From Paraspadella gotoi (taxonomy: Eukaryota > Animalia > Chaetognatha): DNA of 64,000 nt. The stretch spans positions 11,195,710-11,259,709 of the forward strand of contig CM119268.1 in NCBI GenBank assembly GCA_051294375.1. Reading direction: 5' to 3'. A model generated the notes under the pieces. It had not been told where the DNA came from. It made no database searches and saw nothing but the letters and a program-made list of their open reading frames with translations. Numbering within the stretch: the stretch's first letter is position 1; each line of letters opens with the position of its first letter. This document shows positions 37,693 to 49,301 of the stretch, in pieces. A program made the position numbers and the translations under genes.

Positions 37693-37850
37693 GCGGCCAT
37701 CGGTGCCGGAGGCAAGTCATTCGCCTCCCAACCCAAAGGTCCGGGGTTCTAGCCTGGTGGCCGCCTAGCAGTTAAGAGGGATGGGGCGCTTAACCCGCCT
37801 GTAACATGGTGTTACAGCCTGATCCAAAGCTCAGGGACTGCTTATTTTGA
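37693..37850 (+). mobile_element. Second tRNA-derived SINE-like element carrying a twister ribozyme
   Basis: 72-nt head closed by gcggccatc/ggtggccgc, B-box-like GGTTCTAGCC (~37745), then the twister fold. Confidence 0.65.
37767..37842 (+). ncRNA. Type-P5 twister ribozyme (predicted cleavage U37791/A37792)
   Basis: P5 agcagtt/gactgct; aa; P2' gagg; GA-UGG; P1 ggcgct; UAA; P2 ccc; GCC; P3 tgtaaca/tgttaca; g; P4 cctga/tcagg; L4 U-CCA-AAGC. The T1 pseudoknot is CCA/UGG. Confidence 0.8.
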
Positions 37851-38475
37851 ACGGTTCTGTCATTAACACTTATCAATAATTACTGTCTCTTCAATAAAAT
37901 TATTAACTCTCACGTTAAGAAAATATTAATCATATGCGGAACAGTCGCGACCTTAAACCTAAATTGCACAACTCGGTGAAATTCACGGCTTTCTCCCCCT
38001 CTTCTTCATCTCGCGTTTCACTTTTCGTAAAAGTAGATGAAATGAATCATGACTCAGCATTTTTTCTGTGAAGAATATTCTTTTTTGGCAACAGTTATTT
38101 TTGCTTTCTGAATTTTTAGCTTTGAATTGTTTTGTATTTTTCAAACAAAGACTTAAAATTAAAAAGTTTGACCAATCTCAAGCCCAATTTCTGCAGGTCT
38201 CGACCTCGGCAAAACGTCAAAGCACTTCTTTGAGAGACTATCTCTCAGCCTTCAGCGCGAGAATGGGGACCTGCTTGCTTCCCGAAGTCCCGTGATTGAG
38301 TTGCCTCCTCATTTGACTTTGCCCGATCATCTCTTCTTTTTTCTAAATTTCTTCATTTTTGGTTCACTTTTATTGTTAACATATAAAAAGTTTTTTGAAA
38401 CCATTCCCGCAATTATTTGTTTGCTCTATTTTTTTAAAAAAATGGTCTACTTGAATTTCTTGACAGATCTTGAAA

Positions 38476-39414
38476 ATGTCGTCTTCATCCTCATCCTCCA
38501 TCGACCTTTGCCAATTTTGCTCGATTCAATTCGACGAAGAGGAAAACGAAGAAGACAAAATACAGCATAGGATTTTAGAATGCGGACAGACCATAAAAAA
38601 GTCGAAAAAATGTAATTCGGATTTCCGCTTATCGGTCGTCCAATTCAACGTCGGAGGCCTTCGGAAACGACGAGAGGCGTTAGAGCGATTTTTGAATGGA
38701 CGCGACGACGTCATCGTCTCGTTAAACGGGACACGGTATACCGGGGAAGATGACACCGACGAAGATAGCGATGACGATGGCGACGATAGCGACGATAGCG
38801 ACGAAAGCGAATCGCCCGGTTTCGAGTCGATTCCTGGGTACGAACTGTACAAAGACGACTTCGACGAAGAGATCACCGGCCTCGCAGGCGGCGTCGCTTT
38901 TTTAGTGCCGGAGAATTTCAAAGTGAAGAAAACAACGAAGGACCGCGGGCTGGATAATCTAAGAATCGTTGTATCCTTGCCTTGCGGACATCGTTTAAAC
39001 CTGATGTCCTATTATAATCACCCACGAAGCGGGGAAGCCGGTCTGCCCTCTATTAGGGAAATCAACGAAAACGCCATCCGAAAGTTCTTCTATAAAAAGC
39101 CCACTCCAGGACGGCATAGATCCAAAGGGGCCACCGTTAATCTGCTTGTGGGAGACCTCAACGCCAACCACGAGATGTTCGGCTCCTCAAAAACGGACAC
39201 CACCGGCAGAGATTTGGTCGAAATCCTAGACGACCAAAACCTCTGCTGCCTTAACGACGGAACGCCCACTCGCGGAAAAAACGTACTCGACTTCGCCATC
39301 ACCGACCGAAATTCGGTACGCCACGTGGCGTCTTGCCGCGTCCTTCGTCATATGAAGGACAAAAAAAACCAAAAATCGGATCATCGTCCCTTAGAAATCC
39401 AATTGGTATTCTAG
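38476..39414 (+). CDS. Stand-alone endonuclease/exonuclease/phosphatase (non-LTR APE-like) domain protein
   Basis: SVVQFNVGGL, GGVAFLV, SYYNHP, LLVGDLNANH..FGS....GRDL, LNDGTPTR...VLDFAI, SDHRPL then stop. Uninterrupted ORF with no RT downstream. Confidence 0.85.
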   Translation: MSSSSSSSIDLCQFCSIQFDEEENEEDKIQHRILECGQTIKKSKKCNSDFRLSVVQFNVGGLRKRREALERFLNGRDDVIVSLNGTRYTGEDDTDEDSDDDGDDSDDSDESESPGFESIPGYELYKDDFDEEITGLAGGVAFLVPENFKVKKTTKDRGLDNLRIVVSLPCGHRLNLMSYYNHPRSGEAGLPSIREINENAIRKFFYKKPTPGRHRSKGATVNLLVGDLNANHEMFGSSKTDTTGRDLVEILDDQNLCCLNDGTPTRGKNVLDFAITDRNSVRHVASCRVLRHMKDKKNQKSDHRPLEIQLVF

Positions 39415-40916
39415 GAGTAAGCATTGAGAAGTGATGACTTCAAAATGCTCATTACCCTTTACCGACTTTCGCTAATGTGGTGTCTTTTTTGATAAATGTT
39501 ACAATTGGATCAGGTTTCCTACCCCCCCCGCTATCTTTGATCGTATGGTTTATAAGAATTATTCGTATGAAGATTTATCATTTGGTACATTAACCTGCGA
39601 AGTGATGAGACAACTGAGAATCGACTTAAGGAATACTACCCAATAATCACACTCGTTTGTACATATTCAATAACTAAAATTGTAAATCATTCTAACTTTT
39701 TCTATACTATATATCGCAAATATAATAATAAACAAAGCCTTACTGTTGTTTTATTTATTCAATTTCAATATATAGCTGATGTGAATGCAGTTTCGACAAC
39801 GTAAAATCAAGCGGTGCGTCGTACGCGAATAAATCACTTGGCGACGATAGATTTAAATCGCCTAACAATTAAGTATCGAGTCAGGGATGTTACCCCATAG
39901 TCCAGTGAATCAGACTCGGATCTATGGAAACGGGACGGCGAAAAGTGTTGCCATGAATAATCGCGTTCAACGTAAACATTGCGAAAAACAGGAGAACGTA
40001 GTAAGTCGAACATTTTTTTTTATAATTCAAGATTTTATTCGTTATAATGAAGCAGTACGAAGTACGAAACTAAGACATTTGACGAATACAAATCAAAATA
40101 CAAAAAAGACAAATTCTAGGTTTTCTTTGAGATATTAAGCTGATTGCAAGAAAAACGATAAAATGATAACAAGTCGATTAAAAAAATAATAATCGAAAAA
40201 AAATTATGTAAAATGTATAATCTACTCGTTATTGGCGTGTCTAATGCTGCTAAATAAAATTAACAACAAAGAAACAATGAGAGTTAAACTAATAAGTTTA
40301 AATAAAATTAAGTGTGAACTAAATTGTATCACGACCGACGCAATAAAAGAAGAAAACTGAAAATAAAAACGAAAGCGATACGAAACTTGGTACATATAAA
40401 ACTACGCAGACTGGATGGCTTTCTGATGTGTTTTCTATCACTTAAGTAGTGCGTTGAATAAGTCGTGAACATTGTAGTCCCCATGCGGTTTTGAAGGAGC
40501 GCTTTGGGCGGAACCCAGGGGAATATTTAATCTACTAAGAAACGCTAAGATTGTAAAAAGCCTTACATCCATAAACGTTTCTTAAATGACTGACCGTTTG
40601 CCGAGAACTCCAAAACTAGTCCAACCCGCAACGCTCCATATTAAGTACTTTAATTTTAGTACTCTACCATAGCGCAAAGTCGATTATCTCAAACGGTTTC
40701 GGTAACGACGGGTTCTATAAAAGGTTCAACGCGCTTTTTCTGGTGCGCTTGTGTGGAATAGAGTGTGATTAGAGAAACTAGAGAAAAGAAAAGATTGGAA
40801 GGGCAGAAGGGAAAGAGAAAATGAGAGGGGGAAAAAAGCAAAAAGAGAAAAGTCACGTTGTTCTGTTACGACTTCCGGCGCCCCCCCTCTCCCCCACAAA
40901 AACCCGTCTTAATTAT

Positions 40917-42723
40917 TCACGAGATGTCGACGACGACGCCCAACCGCCGGCTGATCTCGGACACCTCGGCGATCTTAATGGCCAGTTCCTTCTGCAGATC
41001 CAAGATTTCCCGCTTTCCGGCGGCGGAGATCCCGTCCTTGGGAGAACCGCCCCCTCCCCCGGGCGACGAGGAGGAAAGGGAGACGAGCTCGTCCACTCGT
41101 GCCTTCAAGACGCGGATCGTCTCATCTTTTTGCTTCGTTTCCGAGCGGAGAATCTGGGAGATGTAAACGATGGAGAAAGTGATAAACGAGAGGGAAGTAT
41201 TACAGAAATAAAGAGATACTGTACGGATTAAGATGGAATTGTAAAAAAAGATAAGGAAAACAAAGTTCAAAACGTAAAGAAACATGACGAGATCGTAACC
41301 ATAAACGTTCTTTCGACTTGAGCCAAATTCTGATACCTCGACTTTGGACTGTAGTTCCAGCAAATCCGTCGTCGGGAGGTTGGAGGCCTGACTCGCAGAG
41401 CCTCCACCCGTCGTCGCCTGATCCGCGGAGCTCGAGTCATGGAGGCACTTCTTCAGGCGCATGTTTTCCTCCTGTACGAGGAAAGAATGATAAGCACGGA
41501 GACGGTGAATTTTATCAAAATATCACTTCCTCTGGCCATTATGTAATTTATCTCACTTTATATGCGGATAATTGCTTGCGCCATTCCTCGACGTTGGTCG
41601 ACGATTCTTGCAACGCGGCAGTCAACCGCTGATTGTTCGTCTTTAACGTGATCAATTCTTGTTCCCATTTTTTTGCGTTCGCCGAACTGAGAGAGAGAGA
41701 GAGAGAGAGAGAAAGGAATGAAAAGTTTTGGCGACAACATTCAACAATCATTTCTTTTGCCAAAGTGATACCTTTGTGAGAGGGCGAGTTTAAGCCGCTC
41801 GTTTTCATACTGCAGGGCGGCGATTCCGTCTTTCGCGTCGCCTCCACCGTTCTCCAGTTTAATTTTGGAAAACTCATTGTCGATCGAGGAAAATTTGGCG
41901 TCGTCTACTTGGATCAATCATTAGTTTCAAAAGCTGAAGTCTAAAAGCAACTTTAAATTTCATTTTCGCATAAAATTGACTAAAAATAAAAATTGAATAC
42001 TTACCTCCGTTGACATGCGGTGGGGAGGTGGTGGGTGGGGGAGGAAGGCCGCTCGGAACGGAGTTGGCGTCGTTTTGCTGAAGGCAGGCGTTGGTGGCGG
42101 AGGGCGAGGCCCCTGCGGTGTAGGGAGAGACGTGAGGATGGACGGAACCTAGGGTCGGGTCGAACAAAAAGGTAAGTTTCGATTCTAACCACGTCCGCCG
42201 CTAATTTCGCGCACCTGAGGTAAAGCTAGTGGACATGTTGTGCGGCTGCGCGGCGGCCGTGGTTCCGTCGGTCGCCGACGCGGCGGGCGGCGGGGCTCCC
42301 TCGCGCGTCAACTCCTTGATCTCCTTGAACTTGTCGACGAAGGCGGTGAGATCGCGTTCCGAGGAGAAGCCGAGCCCGTAGATGGTGTTGGCGCGGGGGT
42401 CAGACCACTGGCCGAATTTTTGCGACGTCTTGGTGAAGGTCATCGTCGGAGTCACCGTGCTGTTGATGATCGCCTTCGATCCTGTTGGCAATTATTAAAC
42501 GTTAACGTAAATGGAATTTTCATCACTAAAGACTAAAGACTAAAAGTTGGTTGGCTAAAACCATCCCACCTTCCACGCTGATGATCCTGTAGGCGTTCCT
42601 CGTGGAATCGTAAAAATAAGAGACGTTGACGGCGGAGGCGCTGGAAGGCAGCCATCGCTTCTTCGTCTCCGGATCAATGTGAAACACGTGGGCGCGGGTA
42701 GTGAAGATCGGCTGTTCGCCCAT
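40917..42723 (-). CDS. HOMER: Homer scaffold protein (EVH1 + coiled coil)
   Basis: [24 protein letters not shown]...[36 protein letters not shown]; [22 protein letters not shown]. Confidence 0.95.
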
Positions 42724-43205
42724 CACGGGGCTGGGGTTCAAAAGGGGACTTCAGAGGGCAATCAGGGGGAAGGGGAGGAATTCACGGTCTCGATTTGACG
42801 TGCGGCGATCGTGTCTGCAAAATTGGATGGCGTCGGGTACAGGACAGGCGTCTAAGGGCGAATTCGTGGGACGGAATACCACACGTTTGTTCTTTTCAAT
42901 ATTTTTTTCTTGAAAATATTGAAATTTTTAACGACGGCGAATCAAAGTCTGCGGCGAAGTTGAATTAATTGTTTGTATAATTCACTACCAAAATCGTTTT
43001 TGTCTCGTTCGTTTCACACGTGATTACAATTTTCAATTACAAGATGTTTGGACCCAAAAGAAGAGGCCCCCACGCGGCTAGAAGAAGGAGAAAAAAAATG
43101 TGAATCACAATTCGGACCTAAAAACATCATCGCCATTCGAAAACCCGTTTCATTCTGAAAACAAAACAAAAATCGAGAGCGCGAGATTGTAAAAGGGTGA
43201 AAGCT

Positions 43206-45469
43206 TCATAATCTGAGAGTGATCGAAGTTTGTCTCATGGCGTTGTAGATAAGGGTGTTGTCCACGGGGACAAACTGTTTAGTGATGAGTTTGATAACTT
43301 CCTGCGCTGCGACGCCTCCCATAAAGGCGGCGACGGAGTGGAGCTCGGAGCCGCCGAATCGGCACACTTCGTGGATCAGGTCCTCTTTCACCATGGTTTC
43401 GGAGAGAGAGAGATCTTTAGGGGGATATGGTAAGAATATAAACAGATTACAAAGCATAGCAATAAAATCCGACCCCTGAATCCACACGCTCTGTACTTAC
43501 CCGACATGACGCCGACGAGGTGTGTCTTGAGGACGGGGATGTCGTCTTCGATGTCAATTTCCCCGGGAAATCGGTTTAGCTCAGAATGGAAACGGTCGAC
43601 GGCGCGGATCAATGGATAAAAGGCCGCGTCAGACTCGGGGTCCATCTCCAGCGCCTCCGTCAAAGCATCAGACGGACTAGAGGAGTACTCTTGTTCAAGA
43701 GAACGGTACCTGACGAAGAATATGTATTAACTGCAATTGTTGGACTCAAATTTTTGAAGAATCCCTTAAACAGTCAACATTTCTCATTAATTAACGTTTT
43801 ATTAATATTATTAATTAATAAAACATTAATGAAATGGCTTCTTAGTTCCTATAATTATTTCTGGTCATACCTGATGAGGCGGAGAAAAGCGGCGTTGCGA
43901 CAGAACGAGTGAACCTCCTGCTCACGAACATGAATCTCGACGTCGTCCTATAACGAGTTTAACATTTTTTAAGAAAATGAGAAAAAAATGCTTGGTTTTG
44001 TTTACTCCAACCTTACCTGTTGTAATATAGAGTGCATGTGATTGGTGACGCAAGCAATGTGGTTTGCCGCCTGCTGCTTGAAGATTCGTTGAAGAGCGAT
44101 GTATCGTTCCGAATCGGCTGTCATGTCTACAAATAAAAGAACTGGAATTATTAAATTGCTCAAAACCCCTAGGAAGTCAAACTCAAACTAATCTTTAATT
44201 TACCCGGCAAGGTTCCTCTTAGAGGAAGAAGCCCTTCCCCTTCTTTTTCCACGAATTCTCGAACGGCACGAGCGAGGATCCAAAAGGACGACTGTTTCCC
44301 CGAAGGGTTCGTCGTCTTCGGATCGTAGAGAATCTCCTTAACTTCGCTGGGAACCGAGGGAGCCGCCAATGACGTGATGACGTGCTTGACGGCCTCGGCG
44401 ACGTTTTCCTCGTCCTCGGGCACGCCGTCCTCGTTGTGCCGCGCCATCCCGCGGACCAATTCCTTAAATTGCGACTTTTCCTTGTAATTTTTGGGAGGGT
44501 TGCCTTCGTGGGTTCTACGCCAGTCCTTGAGCGCGTGGTGGAGCAGTACGAGCCACGGAGTGTGCATGTGGTCCTTCTTCGACATCGTCGTCGGATCCTG
44601 AGCCTCGAAATAGTCGAGTAGTTCGGGAAAAGGGCAGAGGAGACGAAGGTCGGGTAGCTCGTCGTCAGGGTGTGACTCGACCACTGCGTGTTCCTTGGAA
44701 TTTCAACAGGGCTTGTTAAAGTAATAATTCATCTCATCTTCGATCCGCTCTAACCGGTACGGCGATGCGTAGGTAACCGAGAAACCCGTTTGTCCAGCAC
44801 ACGACCAAAGGGACGCCGGCGCCCCAGAGAAAGCCAGCGAGCCGAAGCAAAGTCTTGGATGAGAGTTTAGAGGCGACAACAACGTCGAAGGAAGCGAAAA
44901 AATCGGGACGGTTACGCAGGATCTCCTCGCAGGACTCGGCGATGAAGTCGCCTGACGAAATGACATCGGGTTTAACCATAAGACACTTCCGAGTTGATTT
45001 TGATGTTCTGACGCACTCGTACTCACCGGCGACGTCTGGGTTGAGCTCCAGCAACGAGTCGACGGCCACTTCGGCCCGGGACCGACCGACGCTCTCCCGG
45101 CCGAGGAAGAAGTTGTTGCCCGCGTCTTCGCCTCTTAAGAGTTGAGCGTCGACGATGGTGAAGGAGGAGACGCCGGGGAGAATGCAATTTTTGAGTATCT
45201 CCGTTCCTGTTGCCGTCGCGTTTATCAGACAGACTCTGGAAGAGGCACGATTAATGGGGAAAATACGTAGAATGATAAAATATCATGAACTAATCCCAAC
45301 TCATTTGAAATCACCTCGCCCTTTCCAATTCAGTCTGACCGTGATCTCCCCACAGGCGCAACTGCCGGTCGTATTTCTTCTGTTTGTCAAGTGTTATTGG
45401 GGATTTTGGAGAGGGAGTGGCCATCCCGGAAAAGGCGCGAATGTTGGCGGCGCTGCCAGAGTCCGACAT
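43206..45469 (-). CDS. NAE1: NEDD8-activating enzyme E1 regulatory subunit (APP-BP1)
   Basis: [81 protein letters not shown]. Start at 45469 or the in-frame ATG at 45424. Confidence 0.95.
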
Positions 45470-45592
45470 GGTCAGCCAATTAGGAGAGCCAACTGTCGCC
45501 ATAAAAAAGAAGCCGGCGAATTTAAATAAAAAACATAACAAAAAAAAACTTAAAAAAAAAAGAAACGAAACGAAATTCGCAGCGGTCAAGTT

Positions 45593-46698
45593 TCACGAGT
45601 TAAAATAATCCGTCTCATCATCCGGGACTCCGCTGTCGCCGTCGTCGACGTCCCTCTCCGGCGCCTCCTGCACGTCGAGATCCTCGCCGAACTGAATGGC
45701 GTTGTTGACGGCGTAGAAGACGGTCTCGATGGAGTCTTCGTCGGTAACGTCGAGAGGCACGAATCGGACGAGGGAAAAGTCTTCGACGACGCGCGCCAAC
45801 GACGCCGTCAATTTAGCGAAGCGGCGCTTGAGTGGGTGTTGGGGCATTGAGGGTGTGGAAAGGCTGTCGGTCTCGTCCTCTTCCTCGAGGGCGAAGGAAT
45901 CGGGATCCAAAAAGTCCTCCATCCGCTTTCGCGCCGCCTTGTCCAAAAGGTCGACCTTTATGGAGAGAGGAAGGAACACGACGAGAAGAGACTGAGGAAG
46001 AATAATCAGAAAAAAACCCACCTTTGACATGACGTTCACGTGAGGAATTTCCAGGGTGACCATCGCCGAGAGCGCGGTCAGAGATCCGCTGAAGTACTTC
46101 GCGACGTCGACGAGAAAGTGAGAATCTAAGAGGAATACGCCGCAGACGCGAAAGTCTTTGTTGTGGAGAAAGCGGACGAAGTCCCGCATGACGGGCAAGT
46201 GAGTGTAGAGTTCGATTTGACCAGGACAGTCGAACAAGAAGTAGTCGTCGTCGTAGTCGCCCAACTCAGACTCGACCCAGTCGAAGTTCTGAAATCGAAC
46301 GGATTGTGAATCAAAACGACGCAGCTATTATTAATAATTTTTTTTTTAATTTCCGCCTCACCTGCGCGAAATATTCCATGCAGAAAACGAGTCCGCCGTT
46401 GGGTCCGAACCGAAGGTCGTCGTCTTCCATTGCGTCTTCAAGAGAGATAAGATCGCGAACGTCGGCGGCGACGTCGTAGTCGAAGAATTCTGCCGCCGGA
46501 TCGAGGTTTATCACACGGACTGAGGTCGGTTGTGATAAAACAGGGCACGTCTCGTTAACTATCAATATTTCGTTTCAATTACTATACCTAATACCTACCC
46601 GTCTTTTTGCATATTTGTCCGTGTCGCTGAATAACCGAGCAGTAAGTTGATTTACCGCTGCCTGCCGGCCCCATGACCAATTGCGCGAACCGGGTCAT
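45593..46698 (-). CDS. GPN3: GPN-loop GTPase 3
   Basis: [63 protein letters not shown]. Confidence 0.95.
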
Positions 46699-47611
46699 GG
46701 CCGCAAAAAGGGCAGTTTTTTCCTCCGCTTGGATTTTATTTAAGCGCTTCCTTTTCTCCTATTACAACTTTGCGTTCGTCGACAGAAAAATAAGCTAATT
46801 CAAGTTATATAAATAAGACATTGCATTTCGTTGGTTAATCGCCGAAGTAAAATGGGGGGAAAAAAAAGAAGATATAAAAGACTTCGCTTCGTAGCAAGCG
46901 TAATAACTGGCAACTGGAAATGAGACCCGGAACGATGAGCTCGAAAAATGGGCAAACGGACGACGGAACAAAAACTGGGACAAATGAACGACGGTACAAC
47001 GGCGATTTAGAAAAAAAAAAGGAGGATTGAATCAATACGAAAAGCGCTACTTAATTCTGGACTCGCGAAAAGAGAAAAATAAATTTCGGCACAGACAGCA
47101 ATGATTCTTGCTTTTTTTATGTAATATCAGTAAAACTGAAACATTACATGGAAAAAACCGAGCTAAATCTTTGGCCCCAATTAAAGGCGGATCTCGTTTC
47201 AAGGGTAAAACTAAAAAAACTATCTATAGTTGAATTTTGAAATTAATAAACGCCAAAACAAAACGACACGTATTTTGAACTAGATATTTTTTTTTCATAA
47301 ATCTACACGGGAAGATTGTCAATAACGAATACTTTTGCTCCCGGTACTCAGTTGAGAGAAAATGACTCGAGAGACGTAATTGGTTTTTGGTAGTTATAAT
47401 TACTAAATATATATAATAAGAAAGAGTAGCGAATTTGGAATTTCCGACCACGACCAATTTAAGCGGTTTGCGAAGGAACAGCGGGAAAAGAAGGAAGACG
47501 AGACAAAAAGAATAAAAGAGAAAGGAAACAATAGAAAATTGTGAATGGGACAGAGGGATAACGGGGGGAGGGAGGGGGAAGGAGAAAAAGAAAGAGAGAT
47601 CCAGCTCCTCG

Positions 47612-48871
47612 TCAGAAGAGAAAGGCTTTGGGTATCCAGTCCTTCTGGCAAGTCTCGTGCTCCCCGTGCACGCCACAGATGTGACAGAAGTCTGCTTCGA
47701 GCGTGGCCGTGGGTCGGTGGTGGGGCAGCTCCATCATGGCGATGGGCATGGTCTGCACGGCGAGAGATCGCTTGGTGACGACGGGCTCCGGATCGCGGCT
47801 CGGCGCCGCCGCCGGCGGTGGCGTCGGCGACGAAAGCGCCTCCGCCTCGGCTTCACCGTCCCCGTCTTCGCTACCCGGCGGCGGGGCCGACAGCGCCAAT
47901 TGCGGCCGGTGGCGGCGCGTGGCCGTGTCGTGGCCGGCGGCGGCCAGGATGGCCAACGGCTCTTTCTTATGCACGGTGATGACGTGCTTTTTGAGGTTGC
48001 CCTTGACCGAAAACTCTTTCTTACAAATCTCGCAGGCGAACTTGAGCGTCTCGTGAATCGCTTGACAGTGTTTCTTAAGGTTGCCCTTGGAGGAGAAGTG
48101 TTTGTGACAGCTGGGGCAGGGCACGGTGAGCTTCTCGTGCACGGCCTGTTGGTGTTTCTTGAGGTTGCCTTTGGTGGCAAAGTCCTTACCGCAGTTGGGG
48201 TAGTCACAGAGAAAGCCGGTCCCCCGCTCATGAACGTAGATGTTGTGCTTCTTAAGATTTCCTTTGGATACAAAGTCCTTCTCGCAGAGAGGGCAGGTGT
48301 GCGGTTGAGTCTCGTGCACCATCTCCAGGTGTTTTTTCAAATTTCCCTTAGAGATAAAGGACTTTTTGCAGATGTTGCAGGCAACCTCCGTCTTGAGGAC
48401 GAGAGAGCACTCCGAGGCCACGGCCGTTTTAACCAGAGCCGTGCTAGCGTCCGGCGATGAGTAAGCCAAGTCTTTTTCCGAGTAAGTCATGTCTTTGTCA
48501 AAATCTTTATCACCGAAGTCCTTGTGAGGGTAGTGTTCTTTGGGGCCATAGTCCTTATGACCGAAATCTTTGTCGCCGAAATCTTTGACGAAATCCTTGT
48601 GGGGAAAGTCTTTGTGGCTGAAGTCTTTTTCGATAAAGTCTTTATGAGTAAACTCCTTGTGGGAAAAATCCTTGTGGGCGAATTCTTTGTGGGCGTATTC
48701 TTTGTGGGAGAAATCTTTGTCGACAAAAGTTTTGGGATCGTGGTGGGCGTAATGCAAATCCTTATCGGTGTAGTGATGCAAATTTTTCTCACCAAAAGTC
48801 TTGACGCCCGCATAATGCAAATTTTTGTGGGCGTAATGCATCTCCAAGTCTCCCTCCATTGTTTTAAACAT
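47612..48871 (-). CDS. C2H2 zinc-finger protein (5 fingers) with N-terminal HKDF-type repeats
   Basis: 419-aa single-exon ORF; five C-x2/4-C...KGNLKKH-x4-H fingers. Confidence 0.88.
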   Translation of the reverse strand: MFKTMEGDLEMHYAHKNLHYAGVKTFGEKNLHHYTDKDLHYAHHDPKTFVDKDFSHKEYAHKEFAHKDFSHKEFTHKDFIEKDFSHKDFPHKDFVKDFGDKDFGHKDYGPKEHYPHKDFGDKDFDKDMTYSEKDLAYSSPDASTALVKTAVASECSLVLKTEVACNICKKSFISKGNLKKHLEMVHETQPHTCPLCEKDFVSKGNLKKHNIYVHERGTGFLCDYPNCGKDFATKGNLKKHQQAVHEKLTVPCPSCHKHFSSKGNLKKHCQAIHETLKFACEICKKEFSVKGNLKKHVITVHKKEPLAILAAAGHDTATRRHRPQLALSAPPPGSEDGDGEAEAEALSSPTPPPAAAPSRDPEPVVTKRSLAVQTMPIAMMELPHHRPTATLEADFCHICGVHGEHETCQKDWIPKAFLF

Positions 48872-49301
48872 TTGGGCGGTGGAAAGGGGAGGGAGCCACC
48901 GGGTTTTTTAACTGTTTCCTTATCGTTTACGATCTGCGTTCGAGAGCAAAAATAAACAACGTGAGTTAAAACGCGCGGAGTTTAAAATGAATTCCGCTAC
49001 AACGACCAAGTTTCAGCAATTCTGCGTATAGCACAAAACCGAAAACCACTGTCGAAACAATAGGCAAAAATCCACTCAAAATGTAATCCAACTTCAATTC
49101 CGGCGAACAGCCCAAAAGAAATTTTGAGAGGTTAAAAGGACGCGGGAAGAACAAAGATGAATTTTTTAATATTTTTTATAATTGTTTTGAGAATAGAAAC
49201 GATAATAAGGGTCGGAATGACATCAAAATTTAATCAACTTGAAGAAAAATAAAGGGAGCAGTCGAACGTTGTTCGTCTATCTCAGTCTCTCTTTCTGTCT
49301 C

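Noticed and set aside
47657-48460. Long antisense ORFs opposite the ZF, PRPF19, Hsp70 and other genes
   Set aside because: Shadow frames caused by GC-rich codon usage; no recognisable motifs.
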